Shown here one piece after another: positions 18,745 through 27,400 of a DNA stretch of 64,000 bases. Each line of letters starts with the position of its first letter. Position 1 is the first letter of the stretch. Source of the stretch: an uncultured bacterium (GTDB lineage Bacteria; Patescibacteriota; Microgenomatia; UBA1400; PJMF01); assembly GCA_963544615.1 (NCBI GenBank), contig CAUUGB010000001.1:10388-74387 (forward strand). The letters are read 5' to 3'. Position numbers and translations under genes: made by a program. Under the pieces are notes generated by a model. The model saw only the letters and a program-made list of their open reading frames with translations, was not told the DNA's origin and made no database searches.

Positions 18745-19659
18745 TTAGCTTTGAGCTAGCACCCCAGTTGCTACAATTCCTACCACCTCCTCCTTGGTGA
18801 GCGCTGAGCTTCTGCCTTGGGGGGAGCCAATGATATTCATCTGCCCACCCCAGGTGAGTCCGTCGTCACAACGCGCCGTTTCCAGCGCGTTGAGCTCGTC
18901 CCTAATTGTTGTCAAATTAATAGGGACAAACTCATTATAGCGGCATACCGTAAACTTCCGGTACGTCCCTTTGCTGGGGTCACGAAAGTCCACCAGCATG
19001 TGGGGGTTATACGCCACCACAATTTGCGCTTTTTGATAGCCAATCTCGGTGGCATACCGGTGAGTGGATTCCACCACCGCTACCTTGCCACCAGCTACCA
19101 TTTCCACAGCACTGCACTGCAGTGCCTTGGCAAATTCCTCTTCGCGCTCACGATTGAGTGCGACGACTTCTTCGCTGTGGGACGCGCTGTCCCCAGCAAG
19201 CAGGTCGGCCACCCAGGCCACCCGCTCCTTGAGCGGAATTTTTGCCATGGCCGCTTTTCTGGCAATGGCAATGGTGAGAGGACGCAGGTCCTCAAAACCT
19301 GTAGCCAAGGGACCGCGCTTGTCCACGGCGGCAATTGCCGCCACCAAGCGCTCATCGCAGCGCCGGTTAGCGCCGCGATTAGCCAATACTGCCATTGCCC
19401 CCACACTGTCAGCGTCGGGGCGCACAGTGGCAATCACTGCCCCATCAACAGGCAGCTCACAAGTGAGCGCCTGCTCTATGGCCGCCGGAGTGGCCATAGT
19501 TGCTCCCTGACCATGATGGTCGAGGTTGGCTACTCCAGCGGGGAGCAGTCGGGGCACCGTTACCTCTATCCCGAGGTTAAACTCGGGATTGCTTGCCCCT
19601 GGACGGGGGTCAAGCTGGACGAAGGAAAACCTGCGGGCGCTGACTGTGCTGGTGTTCAT
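18745..19659 (-). CDS. Hypothetical protein encoded in a high-GC island, of likely foreign origin.
   Basis: The 304-aa ORF has clearly protein-like composition (Ala/Arg/Val/Glu-rich). Its local GC is far above the flanking sequence. The opposite-strand ORF 18817-19857 is His/Cys/Arg/Gly-rich nonsense. DHH-like and PDAD-like tripeptides are present but in non-canonical order, so no family is assigned. Confidence 0.55.
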   Translation of the reverse strand: MNTSTVSARRFSFVQLDPRPGASNPEFNLGIEVTVPRLLPAGVANLDHHGQGATMATPAAIEQALTCELPVDGAVIATVRPDADSVGAMAVLANRGANRRCDERLVAAIAAVDKRGPLATGFEDLRPLTIAIARKAAMAKIPLKERVAWVADLLAGDSASHSEEVVALNREREEEFAKALQCSAVEMVAGGKVAVVESTHRYATEIGYQKAQIVVAYNPHMLVDFRDPSKGTYRKFTVCRYNEFVPINLTTIRDELNALETARCDDGLTWGGQMNIIGSPQGRSSALTKEEVVGIVATGVLAQS

Positions 19660-20027
19660 GATTGCCTCCTTGGGGGATTACCCCATATCACCAGAGTCTT
19701 TTGCTCTGGATGTAGGTTGGCGACTTTTGCGCCGACCCTTTTGGGGGCAGAATTTACCGCCAAAAGGCACGGCACAAAAGTAATCAGTAGTGAACTTAGT
19801 AGTGTTTGTCAAAGAACGTTTTTTGCCGGCAGTAGCTGTGCCCAGCACAGTTGCTAGCTAAAACAGCCTCATATTATATCATATAGGATAATATAGTCAA
19901 GTGGTAAATTGTGAATACCTAGTTATCAGGAAACGCTAGCTTTATGGTATTATTAATGATACATTAAAGGTGATGCCATGGGTAAATAAAGCGCAACATA
20001 TCAAGCAAATATTAAGAAAGGATGGTC

Positions 20028-20342
20028 ATGACTGAAAAAATTACTACAAGACAATTTGATATGGCTAACTATTTGCACAGTGAAGAAGATATCGCGGCTT
20101 ATCTTAAATTTGCTTTTGAATCTGGTGATAATAAAAAAATTAGTCACGCTCTAGCAACTGCGCTCAAAGCTAAAGGGATGTTAGCCACTGCCAAAAAAAC
20201 TAGTCTTAATCGCTCCAGTCTTTATAAAACTCTAATTAGCCATGAGGGTATGCCTAATATAGTTACTGTTAATAAGTTAGTACGTTCCTTTGGCTGTTAT
20301 TTGTCAGTGGTTACCGCCAGACAAAGGCAGCTGAGTGAGTAA
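20028..20342 (+). CDS. Addiction-module antidote protein (HigA/CC2985-like HTH antitoxin), apparently without a partner toxin.
   Basis: The roughly 105-aa protein matches the pattern of the 'probable addiction module antidote' family: ...IAAYLxxAFE.GD...ALxxxAKAKGMxxxAKxTxLxRxSLYKxLSxxGNPxxxTVxKVLxALG. The RBS AAGGA lies upstream. There is no RelE/ParE-like ORF in the 370 nt upstream. Confidence 0.65.
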   Translation: MTEKITTRQFDMANYLHSEEDIAAYLKFAFESGDNKKISHALATALKAKGMLATAKKTSLNRSSLYKTLISHEGMPNIVTVNKLVRSFGCYLSVVTARQRQLSE

Positions 20343-20464
20343 TTTCTTTTTTATCTAGCAATTAAATTGGGTGAATAAAAAACGACTAGTGATTGTTGTT
20401 GTTTGCTTTGTCTAAATCTCTCTTGTTTTCTAGCGGATAAAATCACTCTCACCAAGATTACCAA

Positions 20465-20926
20465 TTAGCTTTTTAATAGAGCCTTAATCCTTTCTCTTAA
20501 TCTCTTGGTCATTTCTTTTAGTTCTTTTGGTTTTGCCAAAGTCTGTTGATTACATCTGATTTCCTTGCTAATATACCAGATTGGTTTATTGGGACAAGGA
20601 TCATCAATGTAGCGAGGATAAAGGTGCCAATGCAAGTGGGCATCCTTATTTCCTAGACATTCATAATTTAGTTTTATTGGCTGAAAACATTCCATAACTG
20701 CCTGAGCAACCAAAGACATTTCCATTAAAAACTTTTGCCGAAAGTTGGGTTCAAGATGATGAAGTTCACTAACATGTCTTTTACAAAGAAATAAACTGTA
20801 TCCTTTATAATACTGATAGTCACCAATAACCACATAACCAGTTGCTAATTCTGTGACAAAATACGGATTTACCCCATTCTTAATTTGGGTAATTCTCCTA
20901 CAGATAAAACAATCTTGACTTTTCAT
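20465..20926 (-). CDS. HIT-family (histidine triad) nucleotide hydrolase/transferase
   Basis: HLHWHLYP His-x-His-x-His-xx triad motif. There is an N-terminal Cys pair (CFICRR). The length is 153 aa. Confidence 0.75.
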   Translation of the reverse strand: MKSQDCFICRRITQIKNGVNPYFVTELATGYVVIGDYQYYKGYSLFLCKRHVSELHHLEPNFRQKFLMEMSLVAQAVMECFQPIKLNYECLGNKDAHLHWHLYPRYIDDPCPNKPIWYISKEIRCNQQTLAKPKELKEMTKRLRERIKALLKS

Positions 20927-21009
20927 TTCAGATTTTTTTCAACTACTTTACCACTTTCATCAGAAAAATAAGCGATTAGAAAGAAGATGGTGATACGCGC
21001 CTGAAACAA

Positions 21010-21085
21010 GGTGCACTCGGCGGGAATTGAACCCACAACCTACGGCTCCGCAAGCCGGCGCTCTATCCAATTGAGCTACGAGTGC
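21010..21085 (-). tRNA. tRNA-Arg (anticodon read as GCG). The 3' CC is encoded; the terminal A is not.
   Basis: Manual cloverleaf. Acceptor stem GCACTCG/CGAGTGC (7 bp). D-stem GCTC/GAGC. Anticodon stem CCGGC/GCCGT with loop TTGCGGA (U33, G37). Variable loop AGGTT. T-stem GTGGG/CCCGC with T-loop TTCAATT. Discriminator A. It resembles bacterial tRNA-Arg overall. Confidence 0.8.
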
Positions 21086-21173
21086 TTGGCAGTTATTATA
21101 CCATTGCCACGGTTCTTTGAGAGCGCTGGCGATGTTTTAGTAAAGACTTAAAAGTGGTTTTTCGAGCCAGATA

Positions 21174-21202
21174 TTGCATATATGTAACTTACAGGTTATA
21201 AT
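21174..21202 (+). promoter_or_regulatory. Sigma-70-type promoter for the LPXTG metalloprotease gene
   Basis: -35 TTGCAT, 17-nt spacer, -10 TATAAT. The RBS AAGGAGG lies 8 nt before the ATG at 21355. Confidence 0.5.
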
Positions 21203-21354
21203 TTGCTCGTTTCTGATAGTTTTGGGCTAACACTTTTGTTGCTTTAATTATTAGAAAGGAGGGGGTTCTCTAACATTTTTTTGCTAAAAATAAGTTAAAC
21301 AAGCGCACGGGGTTTTTGGGAAAAATTTTAATCTAAATAAGGAGGATAATTGTC

Positions 21355-22824
21355 ATGAAAAAATTTGCCCTGGCTTTAGTGAGTGTATTGTGGTTGGCAG
21401 GAGTGAGTGCGGCAGCAGTGCCGGAATGGCATTTGCTCAATGCAGTGGCGACTCAAATGGATGTCACTGTTGACGGACAGCATTATCACACAGAGGTTGC
21501 TGATTCCGAGGTGGCGCTGGTAAATGACTTGATGGTGCAAGTGAGTGATTTTTTACACACTCACACTGCTGGTAGGGTGAAGTTTAGTTTTACTAACTGC
21601 AACACTAGTGAGCCCATTACCAGCCTGTCTGAAGTAGATTACGGGAATTTTGATGTACTCCCACATCCCGCTGATAAGAATTATTATCCTAAAATTAAGA
21701 ACTTACCTGAGGTTATTCGGCGGCAAATGGTTAGCCACGATGTCATGATAGCAACAGTCAGAATGCCGGAAAAGCTGGCGAGTAATTGGCGAGGGTTGGG
21801 ATCTACGGGATATGCAGTCATTAGACTGTTTGATTTTTCGCAGTATCAAAGTGTTGGTTTTGAGCAACTTCATCTGCAATTTTATTTACACGAACTCATG
21901 CATGGTTTTTTGAACTATTTTGCCACGATTGGGTATCAAATTCCCAATATTCATCGTCCCGCTGATTATGGTTATGCCAGTGAGATGGAACTATTTGCTG
22001 CCATTCTCTCTGGGGAAATGCGTGATCCGGCGACAGGGCACAATTTGGGGATTACTGCAGCCATGTGGGCTAAATCTCCTTTATCTCAAATAATTGTGCC
22101 ACCCACTATCGAGTTGGATCTCTCTGATTTACATTTAGTGGAGGGCAAACTAGTATTGCAAGTGGGACAAGAAGTGCATGCTCAGTTGAAAGCTGTAGTT
22201 AGTCCCGACAATGCTGGTTTAGAGGTGACCTATTTTGATGATCACCAATTGCCCCCCGGTCTGACTTTGAGTGAGCAGGGGCTGTTATCAGGCAGACCCA
22301 CTACAGTGGGTAGGCGTTATGTGAGCGTTACTGCCCAAGCTGGCAATGCAATTGATAGTGCCAGTTTTATTATTGAGGTGCTGCCAGCAACGCCTCATCC
22401 TACCCCCACTCCCACTCCTAGCTTAAAGTTGGATGTGGCTGCTTTAGGGGTAGTCAATGGTCAGCTCACGCTGCAGCCAGGACAGAGAGTGCAAGCACAA
22501 GTGCGTACCAATGCCCCTGCTAGCACGGCGGTTACTTTTACCAGTAGCGGCTGGCCCACGGGATTGGCTTTAAGCTCCACTGGCTGGTTGACTGGCTCTA
22601 GCAGGGCGGTAGGGCAGTGGCCAGTTACCATTATTGCCAGAGCTGCAGGGCAACAAGATACCGCCAGCTTCCAGCTGGTGATTGCAGCAAACAATTCTCC
22701 GGCATTGCCTGACCCTCAGTTGCCTGGTACTGGCGGTGATGAGGGTGGCGGTGGTTGTCAGGTGGCAGGCTTAACTTATTTGCTGCTGCCATTGTGGTGG
22801 TTGAGGCGGCAAAAAAAGTGTTAA
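21355..22824 (+). CDS. Cell-wall-anchored (LPGTG) zinc-metalloprotease-like protein with two Ig-like (He_PIG-type) repeats.
   Basis: Signal peptide. HELMHGF (HExxH) motif. Two roughly 95-aa repeats (PPGLTLSEQGLLSGRPTTVGRRYVSVTA... / PTGLALSSTGWLTGSSRAVGQWPVTI...) resembling putative Ig domains. C-terminal LPGTG + hydrophobic span + RRQKK sorting signal. Confidence 0.7.
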   Translation: MKKFALALVSVLWLAGVSAAAVPEWHLLNAVATQMDVTVDGQHYHTEVADSEVALVNDLMVQVSDFLHTHTAGRVKFSFTNCNTSEPITSLSEVDYGNFDVLPHPADKNYYPKIKNLPEVIRRQMVSHDVMIATVRMPEKLASNWRGLGSTGYAVIRLFDFSQYQSVGFEQLHLQFYLHELMHGFLNYFATIGYQIPNIHRPADYGYASEMELFAAILSGEMRDPATGHNLGITAAMWAKSPLSQIIVPPTIELDLSDLHLVEGKLVLQVGQEVHAQLKAVVSPDNAGLEVTYFDDHQLPPGLTLSEQGLLSGRPTTVGRRYVSVTAQAGNAIDSASFIIEVLPATPHPTPTPTPSLKLDVAALGVVNGQLTLQPGQRVQAQVRTNAPASTAVTFTSSGWPTGLALSSTGWLTGSSRAVGQWPVTIIARAAGQQDTASFQLVIAANNSPALPDPQLPGTGGDEGGGGCQVAGLTYLLLPLWWLRRQKKC

Positions 22825-22839
22825 AGAATTATATTTTGA

Positions 22840-22863
22840 CCCCGGGTGACCCCGGGGTTTTTT
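22840..22863 (+). terminator. Rho-independent terminator
   Basis: CCCCGGG-tgac-CCCGGGG followed by T6, 16 nt after the stop. Confidence 0.8.
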
Positions 22864-23044
22864 GTGGTGCTAGCAGATAAACTACTAGCAAGTAATTTTC
22901 CGTTTTCTCCAGTGATGAGATGTGACTCGGTGCTTTGGCAAAATGCTACTTGATTTTCTCGGGAGAAGTGTTTATAGTTAAAGCAACCTTAAAATTGGTT
23001 AGTTTAGTATTTTACTCGCCAACAGTTGAGGTTAAAGTAAATTA

Positions 23045-24493
23045 ATGGCAAGCATGTCTCAAGTACCAATTAAGTCACAGCTGTCAGCTTTTTGGCAGCG
23101 GTTAACCGCCAGTCCGCAAAAACAACGCCGACTATTGGGGGCGGGGTTGCTGCTGGTTTTTTTTGTTTTGGGTTTTTGGGCTTGGTGGTTATGGCGTCAT
23201 CCCGCGAGTGTTTACACCAAACCTCCCAAAAAAGTTGCTACCGAGCGTTTGGCGCAAGTTTTACCTGCTCCCAGTCCGGTGCCAGCCGATAATCAGGCGC
23301 TGCAAGCTGCCGCTTTAATTTTGGCGCATTTTAATCCTCAAGCTGGCAACCCAGGAGTGGTAGACCAGCGTGGTTTTTATGGTGATGAGCGCTATTGCCA
23401 TAATCAGTTTAGTCGCCAAGGTCAACCGGTTTGTAAAGCGGTGTTACATGACATCATGGGTGATTACGAGAGTATGGCCAGTTTTCGCTCTACAGTGCAA
23501 CTGCTTTGGGCACGCTACCGTTATTATTTAGCCAGCAATAATCGCCAGCAGTTGACTCAGCTTCTTTTAGATGTGGATAATTTAGTGAGTAATGTGCTCG
23601 ACTCACCCTCTTATGTACTACAAAATCAAGACTTTAATTGTTTGTTGATGAGAGAGCTATATTTTTCTCCGGTTTTAGATGCTGAAACTAAAGAAAAAGC
23701 TCGCCGTCTTTGCCAAGAATCTCACCCCGAAATGCATCCGGAAAGTTTGTGGGAATATGACCAATATCATCATCCACTTTACTATATTGACGATTTTCTC
23801 CAAGTGGCTATGGTTGACTCCACTCGTCATATTCCAGATTCAGAGAGGGTTACTTACCGTGCTGCCAGTTTGCAGCAAGAGCTTAATCAGGATTTGCTAC
23901 TAATTGCTAACGGGGGAGTGCTACCAGCCACCACTTATGCTCGGATTAGCAGTGAAGATAAATTAATGTTTTTACGCCTAGAAGCTAATGCGGCGCTTGA
24001 TTATTTAGCCCAGAGCGAAATTAATCAAGCTGACGAGTTGCGCTATGAGCAAAGTATGGTGGAGTATTTGCTCACCAGCAAAGAAACACTCAATTGGTTG
24101 CTGACTACCCCCAATGCTTGGTATAGTGATGGCGCTTGTTTGGTGGGAGTGAATATTCGCGCTTACTTAGAGCGCTTTGCTCCTAATTTGCTTAGTGAAA
24201 CTCAATTAGCCGTGCTGCGGAGTAAATTGCCTTTTGTTGATGAAGCCAGCGAGCTGGATTGTGTTTTAGCTGGGAGCATTCTTTTCCCCCAAGATCCTAA
24301 TGTTACCTATCAATTGCACAAGCGTCTTAAATCACTCGCCGCCAGTTATCAGCCAGGTTTACCTTTAGGAGATTTTTTACATCAAAGTGCTGGTGATAAA
24401 CAGCCCAGTTATTATTACCCCACGGTACGTAATGCTTATTACGCCGGTTTATTAAGTGAATATGCCCAACAACAAAATTATGCCCAAAAATAA
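23045..24493 (+). CDS. Membrane-anchored hypothetical protein (N-terminal TM helix, large extracytoplasmic alpha-helical domain).
   Basis: TM helix LLGAGLLLVFFVLGFWAWWLW. It overlaps the start of the giant Cys-rich protein gene, suggesting co-transcription. Confidence 0.5.
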   Translation: MASMSQVPIKSQLSAFWQRLTASPQKQRRLLGAGLLLVFFVLGFWAWWLWRHPASVYTKPPKKVATERLAQVLPAPSPVPADNQALQAAALILAHFNPQAGNPGVVDQRGFYGDERYCHNQFSRQGQPVCKAVLHDIMGDYESMASFRSTVQLLWARYRYYLASNNRQQLTQLLLDVDNLVSNVLDSPSYVLQNQDFNCLLMRELYFSPVLDAETKEKARRLCQESHPEMHPESLWEYDQYHHPLYYIDDFLQVAMVDSTRHIPDSERVTYRAASLQQELNQDLLLIANGGVLPATTYARISSEDKLMFLRLEANAALDYLAQSEINQADELRYEQSMVEYLLTSKETLNWLLTTPNAWYSDGACLVGVNIRAYLERFAPNLLSETQLAVLRSKLPFVDEASELDCVLAGSILFPQDPNVTYQLHKRLKSLAASYQPGLPLGDFLHQSAGDKQPSYYYPTVRNAYYAGLLSEYAQQQNYAQK

Positions 24494-27400
24494 ATTCTTC
24501 TTCACAGTTTTATTAACTCTTACTTTAATTTTGGGGGGAATGGTACTAACTGTTAAGGCTCAACCAACTCCTACCCCTACTGACAAAACTCCATTGCAAA
24601 TTATCAGCAGTGAACAATTTCTCCGACGATTAGAAGAAAATTTGCCAAAAGATACTAAACCGGTTTATGTTTTTTCTGGTGCATATCAGCGGTTGTTTTA
24701 TCGACCCGCAAATAAAAATTGGAGTGGTAACTTGCTGACTATTCCCACTGATGTCCCGGCTCCTTATAAAGGTGGTCAAGATGTGCGTTCAGGAGTAATT
24801 TTGCCTTTAATTCAAAATTTAATCGACAATATTGACCCTGCCACTGATATTGGTGCTAATACTAATGTGTCTTTGCCGGCCTCAGTCACTATCCCTATTA
24901 TTAAAGGTTTAAAAAATGTGTGCGACCAGCAATGCGATGACAGTCGCTATAATAGCAATTTCCAGCTTTGTTTTCTACCTCGATGCACTGGTGGTGGTAA
25001 AGATGAGCCTCCTAAAAAATGTACTTGTGCCAGTAATTTAAGATGGAAAAAAGCTACCGATGTTTGTTACAATCAAACCATGCCCGGTGGCACTGATGGC
25101 TTGTGTGTTTTTAAAGATGAGGAATTAAAAGAGCGCTGTCGTGAATATGAATGTAGTGTTACCGAAGAATGCCCTACTGATGAAAATGGCAATAAAATTG
25201 TGGGTGATGATTGTGATCTCATGCCATATAATAAGAATTTTTCTAGTGAATCATTTAATGAAAATAATGCTTTTATGAATAAATATCGGTCATATAGCTG
25301 GATTAAAGATGCCTATGAGAATTGCTATACAGACAATTTTGTTCCTAGTAATTATCAGCCTACCTGGTGTGATGATAGTGTGTCTGTTTCAGATCCACCC
25401 GAGAATGGAGCTACTGATCCACCTGAAAATAGTGATGATTACAAAAAAGATTTTGCTTGCAATAACGATGATCGGCGTATGATGTGTGTTCATGATAATA
25501 AGGCGATGCCAGCTTTAACTAAAGCGACAGTTGATTGTTTGGCTGCTTTGAAAACCATGTTTTATGATATTGGTTCGCTTGGTGATTTATATAAAGCAAT
25601 TCTTGACATTATGAATGAAATGCTTGATGAATTAGAAAACTATATTTTACCGCCGGTGGTGATTGGTGGCGGGTATAAATGGAGCAAAACTCCAGAAGAA
25701 ACTAACATAATTGATGAGCCGGGCTTTTGTTTGAATAAGAATGTGAGTACTTGTTCTTGTGGACATATTTTACCTTTTAATGGTAGCACCATTACCAATT
25801 TGGGTTTGCGCCGTAAACTTTTGTCTTATGGAGTGGCGGATGCGAATAAATACTGTGTTAATACCGAAGGCGACCCGGCTTGTACCTATAGTTATAGTTG
25901 GGATACCGAAGAGGTGGAGGATAAACCGGTCAGCCGTAATACCAAAGTAGGGATGAGAAACATTTATGCCAGTCGGGCTTCTTATCCGGGTTGGGTAACT
26001 CATAAGGGTGGCTATGTGCATGGAGCCACTTGTGCTAAAAGACCCAAGGGCTCTTCGATTGGTGGTAGTGAATCCGGGAGTAAAACTCGCACTTTTGAGG
26101 TAACTGATAAAGAATTTTTCTTTTTACAAGCGCGCTATTTTGCCGATAAAATTGCCAGAGGAGAGAGCGACGAGCTCTCTTATGGTGGTTGTGATGATCG
26201 CTCTAATATTTTATACAATCATGCCACCGCCGCTCATTGCCAGCGCAAGGGTAAGCGAGGTATTAAATGTCGTTCGGGGTCTCGGCGGCGCTTTAGTAGT
26301 TATGCTTGCGATATTAATGGGGGAGTAATTAATCAGTGCAAAAATGGCAGAGTGGATGGCGGGCGTAACACTATTTGTCAGGTTTGTGGGCCTATTTATT
26401 GTGGTGAGCATGGTCTTTATTCCGATACCAATACAGTGCGCAAAAATTTTAAACTTGGTAATAGTCCTACCAGGCATTATAAATTTTATCGTTATTATCA
26501 TCCTCAGGGTTCCACCAAATATGGTGGTGGTGATGAGGGTGGTGGGGGTACCATAGATGGCTCGGAGATTTTTTACAGCTATAGCAGTCAAATTTGTTTG
26601 GGGGAGCGCTGTAATAGTAGCTACAATGACGCTGTTTTTACTCCACGTGATTTACCAGCTAATTCTGGTCAGGTTTTTGATGACCGCACTTGTCCCGAAG
26701 GAGAGATTGTTGACCCTTGCAAGCAGAGAGCCATTGCTAATAATTGGGGTGGGCACCGGCTGTGTTATGAGAGCTGTTGTGTGAGTAGTGATGGCAGCAA
26801 ATGTGATCGTTTTCCCCATGATTGCCCTCCGGGTGAGTGTTGTGAAGATGACGATAATAGTTGTCGTCAGCCAGCTGATAATTATCATTATGGTGGCGAC
26901 TTATGTTCTATTGGGGATGACACGAGTAAAACAGTTTCCGGAGTAGCAATTCCGGCTGCAGATGCCGAAAAATATGCTAACTACCAGTGTAATGTGGCAG
27001 GTACTTATGACACTCATTATCCAAAAAGCGTGGCTGAAAGTTATACATTCCCACTAAAGGAAAAAAGTGCTTGCTATTTTTGTGGTTGCGCTCCCATAGA
27101 GGGTAATAGCGGCAAAAGCGGTTGGTGGCCCCGTAATGCCAAAATTAAACATGGTGACCAGTGTTTAACTCCTGAACAGAAATGTGCTGCTGAATTTAAT
27201 CAAGTAAAAAATAACAAGCTAGAAATTGGCTATGATGGTTTAGCCCAAGCTATGGATAGGTCTGATGTTGATAGTCCTGTAACTTTGTTAAAAGGCATTA
27301 CTGGTATGACTAATTTAAGATGTGTGCGGTGCCGCTGTGTTGCCGGAGATGGTATTTGTGATGGGTATTCTGGTGATCCTAACGGGGTTTGTAAGAATTA

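Noticed and set aside
18745-19659. DHH-family phosphoesterase assignment for the GC-island protein (NLDHHG and PDAD tripeptides)
   Set aside because: The motifs occur in the wrong order (DHH before DxD) and the remaining DHH/DHHA1 motifs are not evident. This is probably coincidental.
18817-19857. 346-aa plus-strand ORF spanning the GC island
   Set aside because: Its composition is dominated by His/Cys/Arg/Gly. This is typical of the antisense frame of a GC-rich gene. The minus-strand 304-aa ORF is protein-like and has its own terminator.
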